From: Alphaproteobacteria bacterium
GTDB taxonomy: Bacteria; Pseudomonadota; Alphaproteobacteria; Rhizobiales; TMED25
NCBI GenBank assembly: GCA_045565315.1
Contig: JBJLFO010000001.1
Location: 663,732-727,731 of the forward strand
DNA: 64,000 nt
Direction: 5' to 3'
The translations under genes and the position numbers were made by a program. Positions 29,713 through 40,426 of the stretch are shown here, piece after piece; position 1 is the stretch's first letter; every line of letters begins with the position of its first letter. The notes below the pieces were generated by a model. It made no database searches. It saw only the letters and a list, made by a program, of their open reading frames with translations, and was not told the origin of the DNA.

Positions 29713-31584
29713 ATGAAATATAAATATGATGTTATTATTATAGGTGGAGGTCATGCAGGTTGTGAAGCTGCATCTGTTGCTGCTAGGTTTGGAGCAAAAT
29801 CATTACTTGTTACACATAAACTATCAACTATCGGTGAAATGTCGTGTAACCCAGCAATAGGAGGCCTCGGCAAAAGCCATTTAGTAAGAGAGATTGATGC
29901 ATTAGATGGCCTAATTGGTGAGATTGCAGATAAATCTGCAATACAATATAGAGTATTAAATAAAAGTAAAGGTCCTGCAGTTAGAGCACCTCGTGTTCAA
30001 GCAGATAGAGAGATATATAAGAGAACAATGCAGGGGGCATTGAGATCACATCCAACTTTGACAATACTAGATCGGGAGTGCATTGGCCTTTTAATTGAAA
30101 ATGGCAAATGTATCGGTGTGAAATTGAATGGTAATGACGACATAAATGCAAAATCAGTCGTTATAACTACAGGTACTTTTTTAAATGGTTTAATTCATGT
30201 TGGAAAGAAAATTTATCCTGCTGGGAGGGCTGGTGATGAGGCTTCGATGCATCTATCAAAAACTTTTAAAGAATTTAATTTTCAACTAGGTCGACTTAAA
30301 ACAGGCACACCTCCAAGATTAAATGGGAAAACTATTAATTGGGGAATCCTTGAAGAACAAAAACCGGATGAGCAGCCCGCTTTTATGTCCTATTTAACAA
30401 ATGAAGTCCAGCAGGAGCAACGCTCATGTTTCATGACACGAACTAATAAAAAAACACATCAAATTATTCTGGAAAATATTGACGAGGCACCCCTATATTC
30501 AGGACAGATCGAATCAACGGGGCCAAGATATTGTCCTTCAATAGAAGATAAGGTTGTCAGGTTTGGAGAAAGAAATGGTCACCAGATCTTTCTTGAACCA
30601 GAAGGTCTCAACACGGATACAATTTATCCAAATGGAATATCAACATCCATCGAAGAAGATGTCCAGCGTAAAATAGTTAACTCTATTAAAGGTCTTGAAA
30701 ATACAATCATCGAAAGACCAGGATATGCCATTGAATATGATTATATTGACCCAAGGGAGCTATTAAACACGCTAGAAACAAAAAAAATAAATAATCTTTA
30801 TTTGGCTGGGCAAATAAATGGCACCACAGGTTATGAGGAAGCGGCCGCGCAAGGGTTGATTGCAGGAATAAATGCAGCAATGAGAGTAACAACAACAAAT
30901 GAGTATGTTTTGGATAGGTCTGACGCATATATTGGGGTGATGATAGACGATTTAATTACAAAGGGCGTAACAGAGCCATATAGGATGTTTACCTCCAGAG
31001 CTGAGTATAGGCTTACACTTCGAATAGATAACGCAGATCAAAGGCTTACTCAAAGCGGTATAGATATGGGCTTTGTAGGCAATAAGAGGTCAAGCTCTTT
31101 TAACGAGAAGTCCAAGTTATTGAAAAATGCTAATGAGATAATAAACAATTTATCCATATCCCCTAATGAAGCTCATAAATATGGACTAAAGATTAATAAA
31201 GACGGGAAGAAAAGATCTGTCCTTGATTTGCTATCTTATGTTGATATTAAGATTACAGACCTATATAAAATATGGCCCCAGCTAAAAGGTATAGATAAAT
31301 CAATAATATCTCAGATAGAGTCAGATGCTGTATATTCTAAGTACCTGGAAAGGCAGAAATTAGAAATAATTGCCTTCAAGAGAGATGAAGCCATACCCAT
31401 CCCAAAGAATATAAAATACCCTGATATAAAAGGCCTTTCAAACGAGGCACGAGATAGAATTATGAAAATTGAACCCACAACTATAGGGCATCTATCTAGA
31501 ATGGAGGGAATAGATCCATCTACCGTTTTAAAAGTATTATCTTATATTAAGCTATTAGATAAAAGCGCCATAAGGTCAGCATAA
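29713..31584 (+). CDS. mnmG: tRNA uridine 5-carboxymethylaminomethyl modification enzyme MnmG (GidA)
   Basis: FAD motif [10 protein letters not shown]. 623 aa. Conserved [16 protein letters not shown]. Confidence 0.97.
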   Translation: MKYKYDVIIIGGGHAGCEAASVAARFGAKSLLVTHKLSTIGEMSCNPAIGGLGKSHLVREIDALDGLIGEIADKSAIQYRVLNKSKGPAVRAPRVQADREIYKRTMQGALRSHPTLTILDRECIGLLIENGKCIGVKLNGNDDINAKSVVITTGTFLNGLIHVGKKIYPAGRAGDEASMHLSKTFKEFNFQLGRLKTGTPPRLNGKTINWGILEEQKPDEQPAFMSYLTNEVQQEQRSCFMTRTNKKTHQIILENIDEAPLYSGQIESTGPRYCPSIEDKVVRFGERNGHQIFLEPEGLNTDTIYPNGISTSIEEDVQRKIVNSIKGLENTIIERPGYAIEYDYIDPRELLNTLETKKINNLYLAGQINGTTGYEEAAAQGLIAGINAAMRVTTTNEYVLDRSDAYIGVMIDDLITKGVTEPYRMFTSRAEYRLTLRIDNADQRLTQSGIDMGFVGNKRSSSFNEKSKLLKNANEIINNLSISPNEAHKYGLKINKDGKKRSVLDLLSYVDIKITDLYKIWPQLKGIDKSIISQIESDAVYSKYLERQKLEIIAFKRDEAIPIPKNIKYPDIKGLSNEARDRIMKIEPTTIGHLSRMEGIDPSTVLKVLSYIKLLDKSAIRSA

Positions 31585-31587
31585 GAC

Positions 31588-32217
31588 GTGAGTGGAATAG
31601 ATTGGACAGCATCTAGTATACAAAAAAAATATAATGTTTCACGTGAAACAATGGAAAAAATTGAATGCTATGTTAATCATTTGCTTGAATGGCAAACTAG
31701 ATTAAATTTAATAGGAAAGTCGACTATTGGAAGTATCTGGAGTCGGCACATACTTGACTCTCTTCAGTTAGTTACACATATCCCAAGGGACTTTAAGACC
31801 TTAATAGATATAGGAACGGGAGCTGGTTTACCGGGGTTTGTGCTAGCTATTTATTTCGCAGACCAGAGCAAAGAGGTATATTTAGTAGATTCTAACAAAA
31901 AAAAATGTTCTTTTTTAGATTTCGTATCTGTGAAATGTGATGTCCCAGTTGTTGTGCTGCCCGAACGCATTGAGAGTCTGAGTATAAAAGATAAAGTTAG
32001 AGCTGATATCATCACAGCTCGAGCTTTTTCGAGTATTGAAAATATAATAAACCTCTCTAAACCATATACGAAACATCAAACTAAGTATTTATTACAGAGA
32101 GGAGCCACAACTAAAGATGAGTTGAGCAAATTAAATATTTCATCAATAGTGAATATGGTCTATCATAAAAGTATCCTCGATGAGGAATCATATATTTTAG
32201 ATTTTGAGTGTAATTAA
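31588..32217 (+). CDS. rsmG: 16S rRNA (guanine527-N7)-methyltransferase RsmG (GidB)
   Basis: SAM motif DIGTGAGLPG. Positioned between mnmG and parA. Confidence 0.92.
   Translation: MSGIDWTASSIQKKYNVSRETMEKIECYVNHLLEWQTRLNLIGKSTIGSIWSRHILDSLQLVTHIPRDFKTLIDIGTGAGLPGFVLAIYFADQSKEVYLVDSNKKKCSFLDFVSVKCDVPVVVLPERIESLSIKDKVRADIITARAFSSIENIINLSKPYTKHQTKYLLQRGATTKDELSKLNISSIVNMVYHKSILDEESYILDFECN
31635..31650. promoter_or_regulatory. parS: parS centromere-like site (perfect 16-bp palindrome TGTTTCACGTGAAACA)
   Basis: Exact match to the widely conserved ParB-binding consensus. It lies inside the 5' end of rsmG, encoding NVSRET, about 570 bp upstream of parA. Confidence 0.85.
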
Positions 32218-33044
32218 TGTTTGGATTTGGAGTTAAAAAAGATAGAAAGAAAACCAAAGTACTTACCTTTGCAAACCAAAAAGGAGGGGTTGGTAAGACA
32301 ACTACAACTATTAACCTCGGGAGTGCCATGGCTGAGTCTGGTCAAAAGGTACTTATTATTGATTTAGACCCACAAGGTAATGCCTCCACCGGTCTTGGTA
32401 TTAACAAAGAAGATAGAGATTTTTCAATATATGACGTATTATCTCAAGAAAAAAATATAGTCGATATAAAATTAGATACCCCTGTCGGTAATCTCGAAAT
32501 AGTCCCCTCGACACTCGATCTATTAGGTCTTGAGTCAACGCTCGTCAATGACTCAGATAAATCTTATAAGCTCAAAAAAGCTATACAATCACTCGATAGC
32601 TCAAGTGATAGCTATTTTGACTATATACTTATTGATTGCCCACCATCATTAAATTTATTAACCATAAATGCTCTTGCGGCATCAGACGCTATTATTGTTC
32701 CATTACAATGTGAATTCTACGCCTTGGAAGGGTTGGGTCAGCTTTTGGAGACTGTGGACCATGTGAGAGAAACCTTAAATAAGGGCCTTCTCATTCATGG
32801 TGTTCTTCTTACAATGTTTGACGAAAGGAATAATCTATCTAGTCAAGTTGCAAAAGATGTAAGAGAATTCATGGGGAATAAGGTTTATGATACGGTTATT
32901 CCTCGAAACGTACGAGTTTCCGAGGCGCCATCATATGGGAAGCCTGTTATAATTTATGATAATAAATGCCAAGGTTCAAAAGCATATATCAATTTGGCGA
33001 CAGAATTTTTAAGAAAAGATAAACTAATTTTAAATAACAGATGA
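32217..33044 (+). CDS. parA: Chromosome partitioning ATPase ParA
   Basis: Deviant Walker A NQKGGVGKTTT. The start overlaps the rsmG stop (TAATG). Confidence 0.95.
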   Translation: MFGFGVKKDRKKTKVLTFANQKGGVGKTTTTINLGSAMAESGQKVLIIDLDPQGNASTGLGINKEDRDFSIYDVLSQEKNIVDIKLDTPVGNLEIVPSTLDLLGLESTLVNDSDKSYKLKKAIQSLDSSSDSYFDYILIDCPPSLNLLTINALAASDAIIVPLQCEFYALEGLGQLLETVDHVRETLNKGLLIHGVLLTMFDERNNLSSQVAKDVREFMGNKVYDTVIPRNVRVSEAPSYGKPVIIYDNKCQGSKAYINLATEFLRKDKLILNNR

Positions 33045-33943
33045 TAAAGGAAGGTAATACTGTGTCAGATGAACAACCGAATATAACTAAATCAAGATTA
33101 GGTAGGGGTCTTGCATCTCTTATTGGTGACGCACCGAAGGATATAGCATCTGATCTAGGTGATAATCCTATGAATATTGGGACATTACCGATAGAGCAAA
33201 TTCAAGCCAATAAGCAAAATCCAAGAAGCATCTTTTCAGAGGATGAGTTAGTTGATCTAGCGAATTCAATTAAAGAAAAAGGTATTCTCCAACCGATCAT
33301 TGTTAGACAAAGAGAGAATAATGAGTCTTATGAGGTAATTGCAGGTGAAAGACGATGGAGAGCAGCGCAAATTGCCCAGTTGGATAATGTGCCTGTAATT
33401 ATTAAAAATCTTACTGACGATGATGCACTAGAAATTGCAATTATTGAAAATGTTCAAAGAAGTAATCTTAATCCTATTGATGAAGCATCCGGTTATAAGA
33501 GGCTATTGGATATCTATAACTATACGCAAGACGATTTATCTCGTGTTATTGGAAAAAGTAGGAGTTATGTGGCTAATATATTAAGGCTGTCAAATCTACC
33601 CATAAAAGTACAAGAACTGTTATCTTCTGGTAAATTAACAATAGGTCATGCCAGAGCATTAATATCAAGTAATGACCCGGAAAAGCTTGCAAGCATAGTT
33701 ATCTCAAGGGGCTTAAGTGTCAGACAAACAGAGGATTTGATAAAAAGCACTAGCTCACCTTCCTTTAAAAAAACAGCTAAGAGCGTAAAAGATCCAAATA
33801 TAAAAAATCTTGAAGAACTTATAACTGATAGTCTCGGTTTAAAAGTAGAAATACAGACTAAAGATAACGTAGCTGGAAAAGTATTGATAAACTATCTCGA
33901 TAATGATCAATTAGAAAATATTAAAAAGCGTTTAATAAGCTAA
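33041..33943 (+). CDS. parB: Chromosome partitioning protein ParB
   Basis: ParB box GERRWRAA and an HTH region. Confidence 0.95.
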   Translation: MIKEGNTVSDEQPNITKSRLGRGLASLIGDAPKDIASDLGDNPMNIGTLPIEQIQANKQNPRSIFSEDELVDLANSIKEKGILQPIIVRQRENNESYEVIAGERRWRAAQIAQLDNVPVIIKNLTDDDALEIAIIENVQRSNLNPIDEASGYKRLLDIYNYTQDDLSRVIGKSRSYVANILRLSNLPIKVQELLSSGKLTIGHARALISSNDPEKLASIVISRGLSVRQTEDLIKSTSSPSFKKTAKSVKDPNIKNLEELITDSLGLKVEIQTKDNVAGKVLINYLDNDQLENIKKRLIS

Positions 33944-34962
33944 TTTCTTAAACTAGATATTTTTAAGAGGGATCTTTCTGTAATCTCTTTCGTAATTTCG
34001 TTGTATGATCTTGTATCCATTATTGTATCAGAAATGATCTCCAATATTTCTGATAAAGTACTTAAAGTCCATAAGCCTAATTGTTTCTGAATAGAACTAT
34101 GTCTTTTGAAAAAGAAGCTTGGTTTATATGACTCTACTATTTGTTTAGCGGGAATATTCTCTGTATCTTTAACTGCTTTCATATCCAGAAGTTTAATAGC
34201 ATGGTTTGAAACTATTTGTAAAATCTGTTGAGGTTGGAATTCCTCAAGTGATTTCTGGTAACAAGCACTTATACTTTTTGTCTTTTTTTCGAATATTAAA
34301 TCAACTAAATCCGTTATTATTATATTAGACGAGTCAACTACCAAATTTTCAACATATTGTTTTGTGATGGATGATCCTTGTAAATTATTCATAGATAAGA
34401 TCTTATCAATTTCAGATAGAGTATTCTGGTAATTATCACCAAGAGAATGAATCAGTAATTCCTTTGCGTCTTGTTCCATATTCAATTTTTTTTCAATCAA
34501 TTTTTCATTCAAAATATTCATAATATCTATATTGCTACTAGTATAGCAGGGTATAGAAATATAATCTGTAGTATTAGATTCAAATTCTCTTCGAAGCTTC
34601 GATGTGGGCTTCAGCTCACTTGCTGTAATTATTAACAGATTTGGACTATTCTTCTCAAAAATAGCGTCAATTTGATCTTTTGCAAGATCTTGAGATAACT
34701 TTAAGTGTATTACTTTTCTCGTACTAAGAAGACTGTAAGTATCTAGTTCATTCACTAGTTGATCAGGATTCTCATTTAAAATTTCTGTACTTAATTTTGA
34801 GAGTTGGAAGGGATCATTCTTATCTGTGACCATTTGGTCTATTAATAAGGAGGATCTGTGTGAAATTAATCCTAAATCTTGGCCATAAATTAAGACACCT
34901 TTGACATTCGCGGAGGGGCTTTTTACAAAATTATCTGCTTGCTTATTTCTTAAGATAACCAA
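33940..34962 (-). CDS. holA: DNA polymerase III delta subunit
   Basis: About 340 aa in the conserved leuS-lptE-holA order. Weakly conserved delta-like N-terminus (VLIYGQD). The call rests mostly on synteny. Confidence 0.75.
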   Translation of the reverse strand: MVILRNKQADNFVKSPSANVKGVLIYGQDLGLISHRSSLLIDQMVTDKNDPFQLSKLSTEILNENPDQLVNELDTYSLLSTRKVIHLKLSQDLAKDQIDAIFEKNSPNLLIITASELKPTSKLRREFESNTTDYISIPCYTSSNIDIMNILNEKLIEKKLNMEQDAKELLIHSLGDNYQNTLSEIDKILSMNNLQGSSITKQYVENLVVDSSNIIITDLVDLIFEKKTKSISACYQKSLEEFQPQQILQIVSNHAIKLLDMKAVKDTENIPAKQIVESYKPSFFFKRHSSIQKQLGLWTLSTLSEILEIISDTIMDTRSYNEITKEITERSLLKISSLRN

Positions 34963-34983
34963 CTTTACATTCCACCCAGGATT

Positions 34984-35511
34984 TTAGTCCATTAACTGTA
35001 AATAATTCATAGATATTTGATTTACGATAATACTACCAATTTCTTTAGCAATCAAATCGTACGTTTTGATCTCAGCTCTTGAGTTATTATACTCCGATAT
35101 AGAGAGGGTATATGTATTGAAAACATTTACGGTATTTGAATAGGCTAACTCTTTATATTCCCCAACCTTAAATATTGAATAGTTTACCTCAAATTCGATT
35201 TGCATTCTTTTGGCTTCACCAGATGAGTCTAGTAATAAGGATTTTTTATTTATCGATGTCTCAAAAATGAGTTGTAGTGGATTATTTTTATTTTCTACAT
35301 TTCCAAAGTATTTTATTAATTCATTTCGAACTATTTGATGGTTTCTATCAACAGGTTCATCAATATATATATTGTCCATTACATATTTAGAGTTGCTATT
35401 ATCTCCATACATAGGATTAAAAGAGCAAGCTGAGATCGTTGAGAGAATAATCAAGCTTAGAAGAATATATTTTATTTTATAAAACGACATTAATGATCCT
35501 ATTAGGTACAT
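34984..35511 (-). CDS. lptE: LPS-assembly lipoprotein LptE
   Basis: Lipobox LSTISAC and a conserved position directly downstream of leuS. The true start may be the internal ATG at 35490 (MSFYKIK...). Confidence 0.7.
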   Translation of the reverse strand: MYLIGSLMSFYKIKYILLSLIILSTISACSFNPMYGDNSNSKYVMDNIYIDEPVDRNHQIVRNELIKYFGNVENKNNPLQLIFETSINKKSLLLDSSGEAKRMQIEFEVNYSIFKVGEYKELAYSNTVNVFNTYTLSISEYNNSRAEIKTYDLIAKEIGSIIVNQISMNYLQLMD

Positions 35512-38077
35512 ATATTATTTTTTTTATCTCGCTGGTTATAATTTTCTTAACATTGTCCAGTGCAAGTGCTTCATCTTCTATTGTACTCCTATTTGTATCT
35601 TTAGGTATCATTATTTCTCCCCTTTTCTTTCCATTAACCTGTACAATTATTAGAACTTCCTCCTCTTCCAGATATTCTTTAATCAACTTTGGCCACGCTT
35701 TCTCTGCAATTATATCACTACATTCTAGAATTTTCCAACATTCCTCTGCAAGGTGGGGTGCCATAGGGGAAAAAAGCTGACAATAGGTTTCAAGACACTC
35801 TCTTTTAGCATATAAAGCACTGATATCATTATATTTATTATTTTCAGAAAATATTATTTGTATCTGATTAGATAATTCATATACGTGTGCAATCGCTCTA
35901 TTAAATCTTAAATTATCTAATGCATCAGTCACATCGCTAATTGCTCTATGAGTAACTTTTCTAATTTCAATAGCTTCAGAACTAAATTTTTGAGGTATGT
36001 TCTGATTATTTTTAGGTAATTTACTCTTACCATCATTTATCAACTTCCATGCTTTTTGAATAAATTTAGAAGAGGCTTCTACTCCCTTATCTGTCCACTG
36101 AATGTCTCTCTCTGGTGGTGTATCTGATAAAATAAACCACCTGGCTGTATCTGCACCATATGTTTCAACAATGTTTTGTGGATCTACAATATTCTTTTTT
36201 GATTTGGACATAGACTCTATTTGCCCAACAGTAACCGGCGTGCCGGTTTCTACGTGGATAGGCTTTCCATCTTCATATATGACCTCTTCTGGAAATATCC
36301 ATTTTCCATCATGATCTTTGTATGTTTCATGAGTTACCATTCCTTGTGTAAATAAACCTGCAAATGGCTCTTCTAATTTCACATAATTAGATTCTTTCAT
36401 CGCTCTCGTAAAAAACCTCGAATATAGCAAGTGGAGAATAGCATGTTCAACGCCACCAATATACTGATCTACAGGTAGCCAATAGTTAACGGCATCGGTA
36501 TCAACTGGATCACTCGATTTTGGGCTACAAAATCTGGCAAAGTACCATGATGAGTCAACAAAAGTATCAAAGGTATCGGTTTCTCTTATTGCATCTCCTT
36601 TACAAGATGGACACTCGGTATGTTTCCAAGTTGGATGCCTCTCAAGAGGATTTCCTGGATTATTGAAGTCGACATCATCTGGTAATCTAACTGGCAGATT
36701 TTCAACATGCACTTCAACTATGCCACATTTTTTGCAGTGCACGACCGGAATCGGGCAGCCCCAATATCTTTGCCGCGAAATTCCCCAATCTCTTAACCTA
36801 TAGGTAATCTTTGGAGTACCTTGGGGTGATTTATTAATTTGATTTTCTAGCATTCTATTTATGACTGTATCTTTTGCTTCTTGAATAGACAGACCATTGA
36901 GAAAATGAGAGTTAAAAATTTTACCATCTCCGGTGTAAGCTACTTCATTAATAGTAAAAATTTCTTCTGTCTCATTATCTGGAATTACGACAGGTGTTAC
37001 ACCCAAATCATACTTTCTTGCAAAGTCTAAGTCTCTCTGATCATGGGCTGGACAGCCAAATATTGCCCCAGTGCCGTACTCCATTAGTACAAAATTTGCA
37101 ATAAATATATCGAGCTTTGTATTTTCTAAAAATGGATGTTTTACATGGATGCCCGTATTAAAACCCATTTTTTCAGCTTTTTCAATTTCTGCTAAAGTGG
37201 TTCCTTTAGACCTACAATCCTTGATAAATTTTTCTGCCTCATTATCAATCTTCTCGAGCTCTTTTGCTATAGGGTGGTCAGCGGCTATAGCAACAAAGCT
37301 AGCCCCAAAGAGCGTGTCGGGTCTTGTTGTAAAAACTTCAAGTGTGTCAAATTCTGGGAAAGGTGAATTTTCTATTTCAAATTTAAATTGCAGTCCTGTT
37401 GATTTTCCAATCCAGTGATTCTGCATAATTTTTACTTTTTCAGGCCATTTATCAAGTGTCTGAAGCTTCTCTATCAAATCTTCAGCATAATTTGTAATAT
37501 TAAAGAACCATTGGGTTAACTCTCTAATTTCAACAGTAGCACCTGACCGCCAACCTTTACCCTCAATTACTTGCTCATTTGCTAATACAGTATGGTCTAC
37601 AGGATCCCAATTAACCTTTGATTTTTTTCTGCTAACGAGGCCTTTTTTATAGAAATCCAGAAACAGTTTTTGTTCATGTGCGTAATATTCTGGATCACAG
37701 GTTGCAATTTCTTTTGTCCAGTCAATTGATAGGCCGAGTAGCTTTAGCTGATCTCTCATATTTGAGATATTATGGTATGTCCATTTTGCTGGATGAATAT
37801 TATTTTGAATTGCCGCATTCTCGGCAGGCATACCAAAAGCATCCCACCCCATAGGATGAAGAACATTATAGCCTAATGCCCGTTTGTATCTTGCTACAAC
37901 GTCACCCATTGTATAGTTTCTAACGTGACCCATGTGTATTTTACCAGATGGGTATGGAAACATCTCTAAAACATAATATTTATCTTTGCTGAAGTCATCA
38001 CTGGCTCTAAAAGTCTCCCGGTTTTCCCATGTAGCTTGCCAGTGTTTTTCAATATCCCTATGATTATATCTTTCCAT
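35477..38077 (-). CDS. leuS: Leucine--tRNA ligase
   Basis: HIGH-type motif [11 protein letters not shown] and KMSKS-type motif SMSKSK. 866 aa. Confidence 0.97.
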   Translation of the reverse strand: MERYNHRDIEKHWQATWENRETFRASDDFSKDKYYVLEMFPYPSGKIHMGHVRNYTMGDVVARYKRALGYNVLHPMGWDAFGMPAENAAIQNNIHPAKWTYHNISNMRDQLKLLGLSIDWTKEIATCDPEYYAHEQKLFLDFYKKGLVSRKKSKVNWDPVDHTVLANEQVIEGKGWRSGATVEIRELTQWFFNITNYAEDLIEKLQTLDKWPEKVKIMQNHWIGKSTGLQFKFEIENSPFPEFDTLEVFTTRPDTLFGASFVAIAADHPIAKELEKIDNEAEKFIKDCRSKGTTLAEIEKAEKMGFNTGIHVKHPFLENTKLDIFIANFVLMEYGTGAIFGCPAHDQRDLDFARKYDLGVTPVVIPDNETEEIFTINEVAYTGDGKIFNSHFLNGLSIQEAKDTVINRMLENQINKSPQGTPKITYRLRDWGISRQRYWGCPIPVVHCKKCGIVEVHVENLPVRLPDDVDFNNPGNPLERHPTWKHTECPSCKGDAIRETDTFDTFVDSSWYFARFCSPKSSDPVDTDAVNYWLPVDQYIGGVEHAILHLLYSRFFTRAMKESNYVKLEEPFAGLFTQGMVTHETYKDHDGKWIFPEEVIYEDGKPIHVETGTPVTVGQIESMSKSKKNIVDPQNIVETYGADTARWFILSDTPPERDIQWTDKGVEASSKFIQKAWKLINDGKSKLPKNNQNIPQKFSSEAIEIRKVTHRAISDVTDALDNLRFNRAIAHVYELSNQIQIIFSENNKYNDISALYAKRECLETYCQLFSPMAPHLAEECWKILECSDIIAEKAWPKLIKEYLEEEEVLIIVQVNGKKRGEIMIPKDTNRSTIEDEALALDNVKKIITSEIKKIIYVPNRIINVVL

Positions 38078-38087
38078 AATCTTCGAT

Positions 38088-38648
38088 CTATTTTTGTTTC
38101 ATTTGTCTGGCTTTAGTTAAAATAGTATCCTCTAGCTTCAACCTAGAGTCATTACCTATATCGAGGTTAACCCACTCACCGTTTATCATATTTTGGACAA
38201 ACAACGAAACTCTTAATGCATCAGCTCTCAACCTAGTATCCAATATATATATGGTAATTTTTGTTCTTTGCTTCGGATTATTTGGACTAATATACCATTC
38301 TGTCATGATAAGCCCTCCAAAAGGATCAGCCTCAGCTAGCGGCATAAAAGATATTGTATCAAGTGAAGCTCGCCAAAGAAGTGAGTTCACACCAATTAGT
38401 GCCCCTTTATCCTCTACGTCGCTACCAAATATATTTAGACTATCTTGTACTTTTCCTGTTGGTCCCCCATCTCTCTTTTGCATCCTCTCTTTGTATCGAT
38501 CGTTCCCAGTCTCTGCATCCATAAAACCAGGCATATTCATACCAGTAGAGCAACCAGTAAGAAGTATAATTGATAGGAAAAGAGATAATAAATCTTTTGG
38601 AGATTTTCTAAAAAACCCTGATAGAAAATATTTTTTATGTTGAAGCAT
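38088..38648 (-). CDS. Lipoprotein (DUF3576-like)
   Basis: Lipobox ILLTGC. The position upstream of leuS is conserved in alphaproteobacteria. Confidence 0.6.
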   Translation of the reverse strand: MLQHKKYFLSGFFRKSPKDLLSLFLSIILLTGCSTGMNMPGFMDAETGNDRYKERMQKRDGGPTGKVQDSLNIFGSDVEDKGALIGVNSLLWRASLDTISFMPLAEADPFGGLIMTEWYISPNNPKQRTKITIYILDTRLRADALRVSLFVQNMINGEWVNLDIGNDSRLKLEDTILTKARQMKQK

Positions 38649-38869
38649 TTTTTACACTTATAGCATTTTTTTATTGAAGTTAAAAATAAAGCATACCATA
38701 TGTCAACAATTAAAAGATTAACAATTCCTTAATAACTGTATCTTAACTACAACACAAGCCAAAATAATTGTCTTTGATGGATACTTCAACATAGGAAATT
38801 TATTGACTTCCAAGGTCTCATTTGTAGTATATTAATAATAATTTCGTTAAACTTTAAGATAACCTAACT

Positions 38870-40141
38870 ATGAAAAAAACAAGTCTTTACTTAGCAAGTA
38901 TTTTTATATGCGGGACTGCTCTAGCTGGAAACTCTCCAGAAAACACAGAAAGTAAGTCCTTCTCCTTTGGTGGAAATGTCATTATGGACGGGTTCTATAC
39001 AGGTAGCGTATGCTATGAAAATGCAAGCCCTATGGATGTGTTTGCTGAAGAGCTCAACGAAACCAATGCGTCATCAATAACATCAGATTTGGAAACTCTT
39101 GGTTTTGCAACAGGCTCAACGCTGGGATATGAAAATTCTATGACATTTGATCTTGATACAAGATACAGTCAATGTGATACAGCTACTGGCCGCGAAAAAA
39201 TTTTTAATTTTGAATTTACAGAATTATCCTTTGAAACTAGTGGAGAATTGTCTAATGGGTTACATATTAGTCTAAAAGATACGTTTGATATCCAGAAAGA
39301 ACAACATACACCAGAAGCTCTTTTAGAGAGTGAATACGGATCACTTTTGCTCAAGCAACGAACATCAGCAGTAGATAATATGCTTGTTGGCACTACTGGA
39401 TCGGGAGCCAAAACAGCGATTACCCCAATCTTAGATGGTCATATTACAAATACATCTGGTGGAGATGATGGATTAAATGCTGTTTACTTTACGCCATCTT
39501 TTTCAGGGTTAGATGTTGCCCTTGGATTGAATATTAATGATAGTAATTTGGGATCGGCATCCTCAGAATTTGAAACATACTCTGTCGGTTTTGGGTACGA
39601 AACATATGTCGGAGATATGGTAATCTCATTAGGTGGCGGGATTGAAAAGGCTACAAATGACATAGACACTTCGGCCTCTTGTTTAACAGATGATCTATCT
39701 ATAGCCGAGAGTGCGACATCCTCTGACAGCCTCTATGATGGGTTATATGGTAGCAAAAGATGTGGATCGGAAACATTATCAGCTATTGGGGCTGAACTCG
39801 GGTATGGAAACTACACCATATCTACAGCATTTTCCTCTCTCGATTCTTCAAATAGCGACTCATCCACTTGGTCAGTTGGTATAGGTCGAAGTTTTAACGA
39901 TGTAGATTATACAATCGGTTATACAGAAGAATCTCTCGACTATGCTCGAAAAAAAGTGTCAGGAGAGTCAGTTGAAGATAGCTCAAAAATTATTATGCTT
40001 GAAGCATCTAGGCCGTTAAATGAGAGAATTGACTTAGGTCTTAATTTTTCAACTACTGAAATCGATAAAGCCTCACAACAACTTGGTAATGGTGCTGAAG
40101 AGGCCTGGCGTGCTGGTGTTTCTGTCGCTATCGATTTTTAA
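38870..40141 (+). CDS. Outer-membrane porin-like beta-barrel protein, paralogue 1
   Basis: Signal peptide MKKTSLYLASIFICGTALA|G. Acidic and Gly/Ser/Thr-rich with alternating beta-strand patterns and a C-terminal aromatic residue (VAIDF). Paralogous to the next gene. Confidence 0.6.
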   Translation: MKKTSLYLASIFICGTALAGNSPENTESKSFSFGGNVIMDGFYTGSVCYENASPMDVFAEELNETNASSITSDLETLGFATGSTLGYENSMTFDLDTRYSQCDTATGREKIFNFEFTELSFETSGELSNGLHISLKDTFDIQKEQHTPEALLESEYGSLLLKQRTSAVDNMLVGTTGSGAKTAITPILDGHITNTSGGDDGLNAVYFTPSFSGLDVALGLNINDSNLGSASSEFETYSVGFGYETYVGDMVISLGGGIEKATNDIDTSASCLTDDLSIAESATSSDSLYDGLYGSKRCGSETLSAIGAELGYGNYTISTAFSSLDSSNSDSSTWSVGIGRSFNDVDYTIGYTEESLDYARKKVSGESVEDSSKIIMLEASRPLNERIDLGLNFSTTEIDKASQQLGNGAEEAWRAGVSVAIDF

Positions 40142-40188
40142 AAAACTAAATACTCAAGTAAATATATATAAACTTTAGGGCTATATTT

Positions 40189-40210
40189 GGCTGGTTTTCC
40201 GGCTGTTTTT
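40189..40210 (+). terminator. Weak candidate intrinsic terminator after porin 1
   Basis: GGCTGG-TTTT-CCGGCT (6-bp stem with two G-U pairs) followed by GTTTTT. Confidence 0.25.
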
Positions 40211-40426
40211 ATGTCAAAGACATCGGAAATGTTAATAAGTAATTAATTGATGTTGTATTTATACCACACTAAAAATTAAAGTGACAAAATCTAGAATTTC
40301 TTTCTTGATACCATACGATTTTTTGTTAAATTATTCTCATGTACACGATGCGTGTGCATTGTGTACGTTATTTTATATAAGATAACTTTTTTATTAACTT
40401 ACTTATTTACGATGAAAGGATATATC

